From positions 1 to 53,978 of the forward strand of contig JBBPYR010000187.1 of NCBI GenBank assembly GCA_038199755.1: a stretch of DNA of 53,978 nt, written 5' to 3'. The notes under the pieces were generated by a model, which saw only the letters and a list, made by a program, of their open reading frames with translations, did no database searches and was not told where the DNA came from. This stretch comes from Ktedonobacterales bacterium. GTDB taxonomy: Bacteria > Chloroflexota > Ktedonobacteria > Ktedonobacterales > Ktedonobacteraceae. Position 1 is the stretch's first letter, and each line of letters begins with the position of its first letter. Below are positions 29,602 through 39,772 of this stretch, one piece after another. The position numbers and the translations under genes are program-made.

Positions 29602-30783
29602 ATGCCATCATTTTCATTCACTATAGACGCAGAATGTCCCGAAACATGGGCGCGGGCTAGCACCATCCAGACACCACACGGTGCCATCCAGACGCCCATC
29701 TTTATGCCCGTTGGCACCCAGGCCACCGTCAAAAGTGTCTCGCCAGAAGAACTCCATGCCGTTGGAGCGCAAATCATTCTTTCCAACACCTATCACCTCA
29801 TGCTGCGCCCCAGTTCACCGCTGATCGACTCGTTCGGTGGCCTGCACAACTTCATGCACTGGGATGGTCCCATCCTCACCGATAGCGGCGGCTTCCAGGT
29901 ATGGAGCCTCGCCAGCATGCGCACACTCAGCGAGGACGGCGTCACCTTTCGCTCACACATAGACGGCTCCAAGCACATCATGACCCCCGAAAGCGTCATG
30001 CAGACCGAGGCCGAGATCGGAGCAGACATCATCCTGCCCCTCGACATCTGCTCGCCCTATCCCTGCACGCCACTAGAGGCACGTAGGGCGATGGAGCAGA
30101 CGCACCGTTGGGAAGAGCGCGCCCTCCTCGCCAAAGAGCAGTATAACCCCGCACAGACGCTTTTCGGCATAGTGCAGGGTGCCTTCGAGCCAGAGCTGCG
30201 TCGTGAAAGCGCACACATCATCGGCAACATGCCCTTTAAGGGGCTTTCCATCGGTGGCCTCTCGGTCGGTGAACCAAAAGCGATGATGTGGGACATGCTC
30301 AAATACGTCACGCCAGCATTGCCACGCGACAAGCCACGGCACCTGCTCGGCGTCGGCTCACCGGAAGACCTTGTCATCGGCGTTGGCTTGGGCATGGATA
30401 TGTTCGATTGCGTGCTTCCCACCCGTGTCGCACGTCACGGCGGCCTCTTCACACGCACTGGCCGCATCAGCATCAAAGGCGCACGCTACCGCAACCAGCA
30501 TGGCCCCATCGAAGAGGGCTGCGACTGCTACACCTGCCGCAACTATAGCGCGGCCTACGTCAATCACCTCATCCGCAGCGAAGAACTGCTCTACGAGCGG
30601 CTCGGCACCATCCACAATCTCCGCTTCATGCTGCGCCTCGCCGCCGATCTGCGCGCCAGCATCCTCGCGGGCAGCTACCCTGCCTTCCGCGACGAATTTC
30701 TCGCGCGCTACATTCCGGCCTCCGAAAAGGTGCGCGATGAACAACGAGAAAAGTGGAAATTGGCCCGTACACAAAAAGGCTAA
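29602..30783 (+). CDS. tgt: Queuine tRNA-ribosyltransferase
   Basis: TPHGAIQTPIFMPVGTQATVK...LTDSGGFQVWSL and the zinc site CxCxxC...H (CDCYTCRNYSAAYVNH). The start is uncertain between 29539 and 29602. Confidence 0.88.
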   Translation: MPSFSFTIDAECPETWARASTIQTPHGAIQTPIFMPVGTQATVKSVSPEELHAVGAQIILSNTYHLMLRPSSPLIDSFGGLHNFMHWDGPILTDSGGFQVWSLASMRTLSEDGVTFRSHIDGSKHIMTPESVMQTEAEIGADIILPLDICSPYPCTPLEARRAMEQTHRWEERALLAKEQYNPAQTLFGIVQGAFEPELRRESAHIIGNMPFKGLSIGGLSVGEPKAMMWDMLKYVTPALPRDKPRHLLGVGSPEDLVIGVGLGMDMFDCVLPTRVARHGGLFTRTGRISIKGARYRNQHGPIEEGCDCYTCRNYSAAYVNHLIRSEELLYERLGTIHNLRFMLRLAADLRASILAGSYPAFRDEFLARYIPASEKVRDEQREKWKLARTQKG

Positions 30784-30820
30784 AAATGTGATATATCTAT
30801 GGGTAAAGAGTCATTGTAAA

Positions 30821-30888
30821 GGGCACCCGTAAAGGGATGCCCACAAGCGAAGCGGTATCATGGTAGAGGCATCCCTTTACGGGTACCT
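30821..30888. repeat. Inverted pair of REP-like repeat family 2 (GGGCACCCGTAAAGGGATGCCC / GGCATCCCTTTACGGGTACC)
   Basis: Copies at 30821-30842 and 30869-30888 in opposite orientation. Related copies lie at 40626-40647 and 53701-53722. Confidence 0.7.
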
Positions 30889-30924
30889 TCTCTGCTGTCC
30901 ATACGTATTATCGAGGAAACGCTC

Positions 30925-31746
30925 ATGCAGACATATCGTTATGTTGACACAGGCACACAGGATGCAGCCTTAAACATGGCCATTGACGAGGCCATACTCA
31001 CTCATTATCTCAATGGCGAGGTACCACCCACCCTGCGCGTCTTCCGCTGGACACAGCCTGCTATCTCGCTTGGACGCTTCCAAAACGTCGAACGCGAAAT
31101 CGACGGCGAGGCATGCCAGCGGCAGGACATAGCATTAGTGCGTCGTCCCACTGGTGGACGGGCCGTCTATCACCGCGATGAGTTCACCTATAGCATCATC
31201 ATTGGCAAGCGTGAAGGTGTTCCTTCTGGTGTCGTCGCAGCCTACGCCTATCTCGCGCACGGCCTCATTGCCGCCCTCAACGCCTTGGGCGTACATGCCA
31301 TCTTGAGCGATGAGCACGTCAGCAAACATCCATCCGCCGCCTGCTTCGCATCCTCCACCCAGGCCGACCTCACCAGCAACGGCTACAAGCTCGTGGGCAG
31401 CGCACAGGTCTGGAAAGATGAAGGCTTGTTACAACAAGGCTCCCTGCCACTCGATGACTGCTCCGCCGAATTCTTCGCGCTGCTATGCTACCCTAGCGAA
31501 GCAGACCGTCAGGAAGCCCTAGCATCCTATCGCGAAAAAACCACGCCGCTACACAGCTTCGTCCCCGACACGCCATGGGACGACGTAGCCACCGCCTTCA
31601 AAAGCGGCTTTAGCGCAGCCCTGCAAACCTCATTCGAGACGGACACCCTCTCACCAAAAGAATGGGACCTTGCCCACCAGCTCGTCGCAGAAAAATATAG
31701 CAAACTGACATGGCGCAAAGACCGCGTCACATTGGTACAAGGATAG
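30925..31746 (+). CDS. Lipoate--protein ligase / octanoyltransferase family protein (BPL_LplA_LipB domain)
   Basis: AALNMAIDEAIL...LRVFRWTQPAISLGRFQ...VRRPTGGRAVYH is the LplA/LipM catalytic core. The TAG stop abuts a REP family-1 copy. Confidence 0.78.
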   Translation: MQTYRYVDTGTQDAALNMAIDEAILTHYLNGEVPPTLRVFRWTQPAISLGRFQNVEREIDGEACQRQDIALVRRPTGGRAVYHRDEFTYSIIIGKREGVPSGVVAAYAYLAHGLIAALNALGVHAILSDEHVSKHPSAACFASSTQADLTSNGYKLVGSAQVWKDEGLLQQGSLPLDDCSAEFFALLCYPSEADRQEALASYREKTTPLHSFVPDTPWDDVATAFKSGFSAALQTSFETDTLSPKEWDLAHQLVAEKYSKLTWRKDRVTLVQG

Positions 31747-31770
31747 GTAGGGGCGAGATTCATCGCACCC
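31747..31770. repeat. Single REP family-1 copy (GTAGGGGCGAGATTCATCGCACCC) between the lplA-like stop and the next gene's RBS
   Basis: It runs directly into the aggagg RBS of the CDS starting at 31783. Confidence 0.7.
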
Positions 31771-31782
31771 AGGAGGTACATC

Positions 31783-32571
31783 ATGAGATTCGGTATCTGC
31801 GCACCCTTTCAAGAGGTAGCCACACTTGCCAGCTATCCCTTCGACTATCTCGAAGAAAACGTACAGCGCTTCCTGCTGCCAGAAAGCTCCCAGGAAGACT
31901 TCATGGCACTCTGGCAAGCGGCCCGCCAACTGCCAATTCCCATTGAGGCCGCAAATAGCTTCCTGCCGGGCAGCATACCAGTGGTAGCCACAGCCACGCA
32001 AACGGTAGACACAACCCGCCTGCAACGCTACGTAAAAACCGCCCTCCAACGTGCCGAACAGGTTGGCATCCGCGTCATCGTCTTTGGCAGCGGCGGTGCT
32101 CGCGCTTGCCCACCAGGATACAATCGCGACGAGGCCACCCAACAAATCGGCGCACATCTCACCCGTTGGAACGACTGGGCGCAGCAACACGGCGTCATCA
32201 TCGTGCTTGAGCCACTACGCTACGAGGAGACCAACACCCTCAACACCGTGGCTGAGGCAGGCACCCTCGTCGCTAGCATCAAGCAACCCGCCATCCAACT
32301 CCTCGCCGACATCTACCACATGGCCTGTAATCACGAGACACCGGCAGACATTCCGCCGTGGGCCACACTTCTCTACCATGTGCATGTCGCGGAAAAGCAA
32401 GATCGCGCCGCCCCTGGCCGCTACAAAGAAGATTTTCGCCCCTATTTCGCCGCCCTGCACCAAGCCAACTATGATCGTCGCATCTCCATCGAATGCAACT
32501 GGCAACAACTCGCCACCGAGGTAGGACCAGCCATCCAAACCCTACGCGAGCAATGGCAAGCTAGCGAATAA
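31783..32571 (+). CDS. Sugar phosphate isomerase/epimerase (xylose-isomerase-like TIM barrel)
   Basis: AP_endonuc_2-type pattern (IRVIVFGSGG...VIIVLEPL...HVHVAEK...ISIECNW). Confidence 0.7.
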   Translation: MRFGICAPFQEVATLASYPFDYLEENVQRFLLPESSQEDFMALWQAARQLPIPIEAANSFLPGSIPVVATATQTVDTTRLQRYVKTALQRAEQVGIRVIVFGSGGARACPPGYNRDEATQQIGAHLTRWNDWAQQHGVIIVLEPLRYEETNTLNTVAEAGTLVASIKQPAIQLLADIYHMACNHETPADIPPWATLLYHVHVAEKQDRAAPGRYKEDFRPYFAALHQANYDRRISIECNWQQLATEVGPAIQTLREQWQASE

Positions 32572-32572
32572 C

Positions 32573-32612
32573 AGCTAAACACAACATGGGCATGCCCGTG
32601 TTGTGTTTAGCT
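32573..32612. terminator. Hairpin between convergent genes
   Basis: agctaaacacaacatgggcatg / catgcccgtgttgtgtttagct, with one mismatch. Confidence 0.55.
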
Positions 32613-32616
32613 CTAA

Positions 32617-34509
32617 TTATCCATTCAGGGCAACCACCACCTCCGCCAGAAAGCGATGCAGCGGTGCCAGCGCATCGTCTATAGTGCCGTCGAAAATCAG
32701 CAAAAAGCAGGGGCGATTCTGCTCCAACATAGCTTGCCACGTGCTCACCGCCTGGGCACGCAGAAACGTATCATCATAGCTACCGAGCAGGCTCTGCTCA
32801 TGGTCGCGTGCCAACACACGCAAACTCACCAAGAACGGTGGCCCATCCATCTCGCTCTGCTCCGTCGAATGATATGCGGCAGGTGCCCTTCGTCGTTTCA
32901 CCGCTATCCCAAGCAGCTTATTCCCCAGCACACCCACGTCTGCGTCAGCTTGCAAAGCAGCCTCTGCCAGCGACAATAGCTCACCATTCAACGTGAAATC
33001 AAGATAGCCCAGCGAACCATATGCAGGCGTTTCCGTAACGCTTGCGCGCAATACGCTCGCAAAGACTACGGCGGGCGACCCAGTTACTGCTAGCCCCGCT
33101 GGTGCAAGCAAACGGTACGACATACCGCTTACAGCATCCTGGCCGGACGAGGTTGCGGCCCAACTGTCCGTCACCTGTAACGGATGGCCCTGTGTACGCA
33201 AGGCACGGGCTCTTGCCTTATAATTTTCCACCGCTGGCTGACCGGAAAAAGTAATATCCTGAACATATCCATAAAGTGCCATGCTCAACTGCCAGCCCAA
33301 AAAGCTAGCAGCCAGACCCGCCAAACGCGCACGCGGCTCCGCGCTAGCGAACAACGGTTGCGCAAGCACAAACGTAGCATCCCCCTCTTCAACCTTTCCT
33401 ATCCCTACAACCCCCACAACCCCTCCACCACTGGCGATCTGTACATGGAGTGTGCCACCCTCAGAGCGAGCGGTTTGACGCCGCAACGGCTGCTCAGGAA
33501 AGACAACCACGCCCTTGTTCCCTTTGCCCAGACTCTCCTCCATCAATTGCTCGATCCAGAGCATAAGGCTCTGCCACTCTTCGGGCAAGTTCAAGAGCAA
33601 ACGGCAAGCACCATCTATGCTAGCATCGCTCAAGGCCACGGCCAAGCGCACAAAGGGATGTTCGGCAGGCTGCGTCATTGCGGCGTCAAGATTGTACTCG
33701 TGCCATGCTCTTTGCAATACTGCCCGCAATTGCCCGCTCTCAGGCGAGAGGCGCGTGAGATAGAGCGCGGCAGGCAGCAAAAATACACGCGTCGTGGGAG
33801 CACTCATGCGGCCACCAGTACCCGTGCCATGATCCAACTGTAAGGGCAAACTCGGTGCCTGCTGCTGCTGCGCAAAGAGGTCAAGATATGAGCCAGGCAG
33901 CGTCATCACCAACAAGTGCTCTGACGGAGAGAGGCCCGCCTGTTGCAAAAGCGCAGTAAACCATTCCAGGTGTGTAATGGGTTCTTCCGATGTCATGCCC
34001 ATTGAGACACCAATCATCATCACATCATCCAGCAATGCTTGTAAGAAACCAGCGTCCACTTCCTCCGGTAAACCAGACAACGTCAGTTTCTTCGCTTGAG
34101 CTATCTTTCGCACAATGCTATTCAGGCTGGCCGGGTCAGTGCTGTCCAAGGGATAAATCGTTACCCGCTTTCCCTGATCCTCATCGTGGCCACCACAAAA
34201 GCCAAGATCACGCATCACATGCACGGCCATAATCGAACCGCCCATGCCCGCCCAGAGAATATGCCGGATGCCACGCTCCCACAGTGTACGAGCCTCCTCC
34301 TCCACCTGTTCCAGCATGCTGCTGTCCGCTAATAACCGCTCTATCCCCTCAACCCAATCCAGCTTCAACACGCCATTCTCGCTGCCCAACATCGCCATAC
34401 GCCCCTTTTGTTGGCGCAACTGCTCAACCGCGTTCTCCGCAATCAAGCGTTGTAGTGCTGGTGACACATCCTGTGTTGCCATCGCTTGCTCCTTTGCACA
34501 ATAATCCAT
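32617..34509 (-). CDS. Glucose-6-phosphate-isomerase-like SIS-domain protein (tentative)
   Basis: 630 aa with PGI-like motifs in the expected order, ILWAGMGGSIMAVHVM and GTGGRMSAPT. The family assignment was not verified. Confidence 0.4.
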   Translation of the reverse strand: MDYCAKEQAMATQDVSPALQRLIAENAVEQLRQQKGRMAMLGSENGVLKLDWVEGIERLLADSSMLEQVEEEARTLWERGIRHILWAGMGGSIMAVHVMRDLGFCGGHDEDQGKRVTIYPLDSTDPASLNSIVRKIAQAKKLTLSGLPEEVDAGFLQALLDDVMMIGVSMGMTSEEPITHLEWFTALLQQAGLSPSEHLLVMTLPGSYLDLFAQQQQAPSLPLQLDHGTGTGGRMSAPTTRVFLLPAALYLTRLSPESGQLRAVLQRAWHEYNLDAAMTQPAEHPFVRLAVALSDASIDGACRLLLNLPEEWQSLMLWIEQLMEESLGKGNKGVVVFPEQPLRRQTARSEGGTLHVQIASGGGVVGVVGIGKVEEGDATFVLAQPLFASAEPRARLAGLAASFLGWQLSMALYGYVQDITFSGQPAVENYKARARALRTQGHPLQVTDSWAATSSGQDAVSGMSYRLLAPAGLAVTGSPAVVFASVLRASVTETPAYGSLGYLDFTLNGELLSLAEAALQADADVGVLGNKLLGIAVKRRRAPAAYHSTEQSEMDGPPFLVSLRVLARDHEQSLLGSYDDTFLRAQAVSTWQAMLEQNRPCFLLIFDGTIDDALAPLHRFLAEVVVALNG

Positions 34510-34542
34510 AAAAACAAGGCAGGCCGAAAGGCTGTAACCGCT

Positions 34543-34572
34543 GTAGGGGCGCGATGTATCGCGCCCCTACAG
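34543..34572. repeat. Perfectly palindromic variant of REP family 1 (GTAGGGGCGCGATGTATCGCGCCCCTAC)
   Basis: A 30-bp element in an intergenic region on the - strand operon side. Confidence 0.75.
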
Positions 34573-34578
34573 CAGAAG

Positions 34579-35418
34579 TTACCCAGCGAGCCTTGCCTCG
34601 GCTTGGCGTACTACGCGCACAAAATCCGGCAGGGCAACCTCTGGCTCCTCAATCTCAGGATGCCAGCGTTTCTCCCACTCAAACGCGATCCAGCCCTCAT
34701 AACCACCACGGCTCAATAGTTGTAACACCTCGTCGGTGGGTACCGTTCCCTGGCCCATCAGGCAATAACGCACTCCCTCGTCTGTCGGTAGCGAGTCCTT
34801 CAAGTGTACATGCCTGATATATGGCTTGAGTCGTTCATACGTCACCGCGACCGGCTCCGCGAAAAACCTATACGGATGATGCACATCCCACAGTACAGCC
34901 GCCTGGGGATGCTGCACAGCCTGCATCACATCCAGTATATTCTGCACGTCAGCAAAATCTCCATGTGATTCCAGCAACACCTGCACGGACGTTCCTTCGG
35001 CATGATGCGCCAGGGCTACCATGCCCGTGACAACCTGCTCGATAATCTTCGCCCGCGCCTGAGCATCACGAATGCGATCCCCAAACACACGAATATAGGG
35101 GGCAGACAACGCATGCGCAAGATCGATAGCACGCTTGCCCTCGTCAATGTTCTTGTCAAGCTCGGCGACCTCATCAAAGCGACACGAGGTATCCAGACAC
35201 ACAATCGCTAAACCGCTCTCTTGCAACTCGCGCTTCGTGCTTGTCAAGCGGCTACCCACAAACGGAGCCGCCTTCGGCAGATCCAACTCGCCCTCCACAC
35301 CGCGCAGTTCTAAACCCTGATAGCCATACGCGACGGCCTTCTGGACAATCTGCTGCCATGACCAATTGGGACATGCTAGCGTGGTAAACGCAAGCGGGTA
35401 GTGAGGATTCGTTGCCAT
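34579..35418 (-). CDS. Sugar phosphate isomerase/epimerase (xylose-isomerase-like TIM barrel)
   Basis: The start is set at ATG 35418 (MATNPHYPLAFTTLACPNW) with an aggag RBS. TIM-barrel His/Glu metal-site pattern (LESHGDF...WDVHH...HVHLKD...FEWE). Confidence 0.72.
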   Translation of the reverse strand: MATNPHYPLAFTTLACPNWSWQQIVQKAVAYGYQGLELRGVEGELDLPKAAPFVGSRLTSTKRELQESGLAIVCLDTSCRFDEVAELDKNIDEGKRAIDLAHALSAPYIRVFGDRIRDAQARAKIIEQVVTGMVALAHHAEGTSVQVLLESHGDFADVQNILDVMQAVQHPQAAVLWDVHHPYRFFAEPVAVTYERLKPYIRHVHLKDSLPTDEGVRYCLMGQGTVPTDEVLQLLSRGGYEGWIAFEWEKRWHPEIEEPEVALPDFVRVVRQAEARLAG

Positions 35419-35701
35419 ATGTAACTCCTTCCAGCGTGATATAGGCCACTTTCGTGAACGGTAGTTTTGCACAGTCGCATTCAGTGTACGACACAACGTC
35501 ATGGTCAGAAAGGCTACCATCAATACATTCAGCCCAAAAACGAATTTTGCGGTAGCGAATGTGTCAAATGATAAGATTGGCATAAGCCAATAATGGACAT
35601 TCATCATTTTGATGAGCATACTTAGTACTATTTGGTAGAGCTACTTGTTTCTTCTTCCTATTTTCGGGTACAATTCATGATGGTGGAGTTACGACTCCTG
35701 G

Positions 35702-37222
35702 GTGGATATGTTGAAAGGAACAATTATAGTGGCTAGTGTGGTGTCGCCGCAGAATAGTGTAGGCGAAAAAGTACTTCCCTCCGAAGACTACGTGTCCAGG
35801 GCCATGCCCTACAGGTTAGGCACGTTCGACATGACGATGACCTTCCTGATGATTATGTTTTTCATTAATAACCCGGTGGAAACTGTTAGTGGTGGAGCTG
35901 CCGCGTTTACCTACTGGACGATTGGTACCCTCATCTTTTTTGTGCCATGCCTGATTGTTACGGCCCAGTTGGGAAATATGTTCCCTCACGAGGGTTCTCT
36001 CTACAACTGGACGTATAAGGCTCTCGGTGCCTTCTGGAGCCTCTTTGTTGGCACCTCTTTCTGGGCACCCGGTATTCTGGGGATGGTGACAAGCGCGGGT
36101 ATCGCCGTCACCTTCCTACAAGGCTTAAACAACAAATGGTTGGCAGGACCGCAAATACAAGGTGCGTTGATTGTGCTTATACTCATCTTCTCGTCTATAT
36201 TAGCACTGCAACGCTTTCGTACGCTCCAGCATCTTGTCAACATCAGCATGTTCCTCATGCTCGCTGTGATTGCCTTCCTTGGCCTAGCTGCACTCGTCTG
36301 GCTGCTCAGCGGCCATGCGCCAGCAACAAACTTCTCGCACGTTAACAACTGGTCGCTTCATCCAGACAACTACGTGCTCTTTAGTACGACCATCTTTGCT
36401 TATTTAGGTGCAAATGCATCGATGACCATGGGTAGTGAGATCAGCGACCGCAAAGTAATCTCACGCCACCTTCTCTATGGCGGTGTGCTTGTGTTCATCT
36501 GCTATGTGATCGTCACCTTCGCCTTGTCAGTAGTGCAGGGTTCACACGTAGCTATTGGTCCCTTTTCCATCATTAGCACCATTGATCAGGTATTCGGTCA
36601 GTTCGTTGGTAGCATCGCCAGCGTCTGTGTTACCGCTTTCTTTATCGTCTTCACCGCACTCCTCAACAGCACCTTTGGGCGACTGCTGATGGTGACAGCG
36701 GTTGATCGACGACTGCCAATCAGCCTCGGAAAACTGGATGTCAACCGTGTTCCGGTGAACGCGATCATGGTTCAGACCATCATCGCAGTCCTGTTCGTGG
36801 CGATTGTTTTTATACTGCCCTATCTGATAAACTTTGGCGATCCCACAACGCTCGCCAACAAGTTCTTCACGGTCAGCCTGTACGCACGCAGCCAGGTATG
36901 GATCATCTCCACCCTCTTTTTGTTTATCAATTTGCTCGTCCTCTACCTGCGGGACCGCAAAGCGTTTCATGCGCGCCGCATCTTCCCCATGCCTGTGTTG
37001 TGGGCGTGTATGATTGTTGCCCCGCTTGCCTGTGTACTCGCCATTGTTGTCACGCTCACCCACTCACCAATACCACAACTTATTCCCACCAATGCCTGGG
37101 GTTATGTCGTTAGCAGCCTCACGCTCATCTGGCTCAGTGGAACCGCAATTGGCAGCATGTTAGCCAGCGGCGGAGCAGCCTGGGAAGACGTTTCAAGCGA
37201 AATGAGTAGGGACCAGCTTTAG
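35702..37222 (+). CDS. APC-superfamily amino acid permease
   Basis: 12-TM pattern with APC motifs (TIGTLIFFVPCLIVTAQLGNMFPHEGSLYNW). The ORF begins with GTG; the true start may be ATG 35708 or further downstream. Confidence 0.75.
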   Translation: MDMLKGTIIVASVVSPQNSVGEKVLPSEDYVSRAMPYRLGTFDMTMTFLMIMFFINNPVETVSGGAAAFTYWTIGTLIFFVPCLIVTAQLGNMFPHEGSLYNWTYKALGAFWSLFVGTSFWAPGILGMVTSAGIAVTFLQGLNNKWLAGPQIQGALIVLILIFSSILALQRFRTLQHLVNISMFLMLAVIAFLGLAALVWLLSGHAPATNFSHVNNWSLHPDNYVLFSTTIFAYLGANASMTMGSEISDRKVISRHLLYGGVLVFICYVIVTFALSVVQGSHVAIGPFSIISTIDQVFGQFVGSIASVCVTAFFIVFTALLNSTFGRLLMVTAVDRRLPISLGKLDVNRVPVNAIMVQTIIAVLFVAIVFILPYLINFGDPTTLANKFFTVSLYARSQVWIISTLFLFINLLVLYLRDRKAFHARRIFPMPVLWACMIVAPLACVLAIVVTLTHSPIPQLIPTNAWGYVVSSLTLIWLSGTAIGSMLASGGAAWEDVSSEMSRDQL

Positions 37223-37227
37223 CGCGT

Positions 37228-37287
37228 CCATAGGGCGAGATAATGGACATTGACGAAATGATCTGACAACGTCCATTATCTCGCCCC
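37228..37287. repeat. 16-bp-stem hairpin (GGGCGAGATAATGGAC...GTCCATTATCTCGCCC), a REP-related variant or terminator
   Basis: The two arms are perfect and are separated by a 22-nt loop. Confidence 0.55.
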
Positions 37288-37304
37288 GAGAGAGGGGAAG
37301 ATTT

Positions 37305-38792
37305 ATGAATAAAGAGAGTGTGTTTTTGATGGCAACCAAAGGTATTACGCTACCTGAACAGCCACAAAGCATTGAAACGCAAGAGCGGCTACCTGAACAA
37401 CCACAAAGTATTGAAACAATCCAAACGAAGGAACGACAGCAAAGTTTTGAGACGCTGGGCATAGAGCGGATTTCACCTGCTTCCAGAAGTCATCTCCATA
37501 TTGTTGATAACTTCACATTCTGGTTATCCGCAAATATGGTTATCTCTACACTGGCAATCGGCGTAATCGCGACCAGCATCTTCCAGCTAGGATTTTGGGA
37601 TAGCGTGCTGGCTATCGTTCTCTTTAATGTGTTGGGTGCTCTTTCCGTCGCCTTCTTTTCGACATTGGGGCCGCTATTAGGTTTACGCCAGATGATCATT
37701 ACGCGTTTCTCATTTGGTTGGGTTGGTGCAAGCATCATCGCATTGTTTAATGTCGTGGCGTGTATCGGCTGGGCCACGGTGAATGCCATAGTGGGTGGTC
37801 AACTCATTACGGCACTCAGTGGTGGGACCATTAACCGCCCACTGAGCATTCTCGCGGTGGCGATGCTCACGACGATTATTGGCATGTATGGCTACCGTTA
37901 CATCCATAACTTTGCACGTTACGCCTGGATACCCGTCACCATCATTTTCTTCTTCCTGTTCATCATTGCGGCCCCAAAAGTGATCATCATCCCAACGCCA
38001 GCCTTCAACATCGCCGAGATCGCATCCTTCATCTCCTTTGGTGGTGCTGTCTACGGTTTCTCTGCCGGGTGGAACGCCTATGGTGCCGACTACAATGTGT
38101 ATCAGCCACAGGAGACACCAGCACGACGCGTCTTCTGGTATACCTTCCTGGGGGTGGTCCTTCCTTGTATCGCTTTAGAGATATTTGGTATGGCCTTGAC
38201 CACTATCTATAAAGGCATGAGTGGAGCTGATCTACTGGCAGCAGAGGTCCTGCCGTTTGGAAACACTGGCACAGTCCTCCTGATTATACTCGCCCTGAGT
38301 GTTGTGACGAATAATATCCCCAACGTCTATAGTCTGGGCCTGTCCATGCAGGTATTAGGCAAGCCACTACAGCGCATCAGCCGCTCCATCTGGACGCTGT
38401 TTGGTTCCGTGTTATATCTGCTGATTGCCATTCCAGCGGTTGTCAACTTCAATGGCACCCTGTCAGACTTTCTGTTGATCATTGCTTACTGGCTTGGTCC
38501 TTGGACCATTATCCTGATTGAGGAACACTTCTTTTTCCGCCACGGCAAGTATAATGTTGACGATTGGAATAGGCCGAGCAAATTGCCAATTGGCTCTGCT
38601 GCCCTCATTGCGTTCTTGCTTGGCCTTGTCGGAGCCTACCTTGGCGCGGATCAAGCGGTCTTTGTTGGTCCCGTCGCTCGTCTCTTCAATCCCCCCTATG
38701 GTATGGATATTGGTTTTGAACTGAGCCTCGTCTTCGGTGGCATCTCCTACTACGTCCTGCGCAGAATTGAGCTAGCGCGCTTTGGTCGCTAG
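37305..38792 (+). CDS. NCS1-family purine-cytosine (nucleobase:cation symporter-1) permease
   Basis: 12-TM fold with NCS1 N-terminal pattern (FTFWLSANMVISTLAIGV...GPLLGLRQMIITRFSFG). The N-terminal tail carries a duplicated LPEQPQSIET repeat. Confidence 0.75.
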   Translation: MNKESVFLMATKGITLPEQPQSIETQERLPEQPQSIETIQTKERQQSFETLGIERISPASRSHLHIVDNFTFWLSANMVISTLAIGVIATSIFQLGFWDSVLAIVLFNVLGALSVAFFSTLGPLLGLRQMIITRFSFGWVGASIIALFNVVACIGWATVNAIVGGQLITALSGGTINRPLSILAVAMLTTIIGMYGYRYIHNFARYAWIPVTIIFFFLFIIAAPKVIIIPTPAFNIAEIASFISFGGAVYGFSAGWNAYGADYNVYQPQETPARRVFWYTFLGVVLPCIALEIFGMALTTIYKGMSGADLLAAEVLPFGNTGTVLLIILALSVVTNNIPNVYSLGLSMQVLGKPLQRISRSIWTLFGSVLYLLIAIPAVVNFNGTLSDFLLIIAYWLGPWTIILIEEHFFFRHGKYNVDDWNRPSKLPIGSAALIAFLLGLVGAYLGADQAVFVGPVARLFNPPYGMDIGFELSLVFGGISYYVLRRIELARFGR

Positions 38793-38805
38793 GCCGATAA
38801 CTACT

Positions 38806-38841
38806 ATGAGGGATGTATACTTTAGGTTGCATCCCTCATAC
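38806..38841 (+). terminator. Terminator hairpin after the NCS1 permease gene
   Basis: tatgagggatg-tatactttaggtt-gcatccctcata forms a perfect 11-12-bp stem. Confidence 0.5.
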
Positions 38842-38980
38842 CATTATTGCGTGTATTTCACATCTGAGGTACAATGGACAAAATATGAGATGCTAGACTC
38901 TGCCATATTTTGTAAATTATTCATAATTGTAGAATTACAATTATTCACATATTGAACGAGATATACAGAGAGAAGGAGTT

Positions 38981-39772
38981 TTGGGCGTGACAATATCAAT
39001 GGATATCGCACGCAGGGTGTTGGAAGCGAGTAAACAGCGGGCGCGTGAGTTACGCAGTCCGGTGAGTATCGCGATTGTTGACGCTGGCGGTCATCTTGTG
39101 CTCTTCGAGCGTATGATGTCGCCCTATGGGTGGGCAACAGCCAATATTAGCATTGCGAAGGCGAACACTGCCGTCATGTTTAACCAACCAACCGATGCAG
39201 TCGCACAATGGGGAGCCGCCATCCCTGGTTTTGCCTCTAGTCTATCAAGCATGACGGACGGCAAATTTATTATGGCGGCGGGTGGCTGGCCCATTCGTCT
39301 CAACGGTGTCACTATTGGCGGCATTGGAGTGAGCGGCGGCAATGCCCCCGGGCGTGACGACGAAATCGCACGCGCTGGCATGGGCGCGCTCGAAGCTCTG
39401 TCAGCCGCCATTCCCGCGCAGCCTGCTGCCCCGGTTGCCCCTGTGTCTGCTCAGCCAGTCCAACCTGCCTCGTCCGCGTCATCATATATGCCCTCCGTTG
39501 GACAACCTTTCTACTCGCCCTCTTCTCCATCCCAGAGTGCGATAGGCTCACAAGGCCCCCAGGGTTCGCCAGGACCAGTGCCCCAACAGCAGGCACAGTA
39601 CCGGCAAATCCCGCAGCCTTCACAGCCTGCTAACGGCAATTGGCAAACGCCAAAGAATGAGCCACCTTCTTCTCTCTCCGGTACTAACTATTTGCCAACG
39701 GAACAGGATGAGCAGTTTGGTGATGACGCATTTCAACCATATAGCAATGACCATTCGGGAGACCAAAAATGA
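38981..39772 (+). CDS. GlcG/HbpS-like (DUF336) protein with a Pro/Ser/Gln-rich C-terminal tail
   Basis: GTG start 8 nt after aaggag. IAIVDAGGHLVLFERMMSPYGWATANISIAKANTAVMF is the GlcG core. Confidence 0.7.
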   Translation: MGVTISMDIARRVLEASKQRARELRSPVSIAIVDAGGHLVLFERMMSPYGWATANISIAKANTAVMFNQPTDAVAQWGAAIPGFASSLSSMTDGKFIMAAGGWPIRLNGVTIGGIGVSGGNAPGRDDEIARAGMGALEALSAAIPAQPAAPVAPVSAQPVQPASSASSYMPSVGQPFYSPSSPSQSAIGSQGPQGSPGPVPQQQAQYRQIPQPSQPANGNWQTPKNEPPSSLSGTNYLPTEQDEQFGDDAFQPYSNDHSGDQK

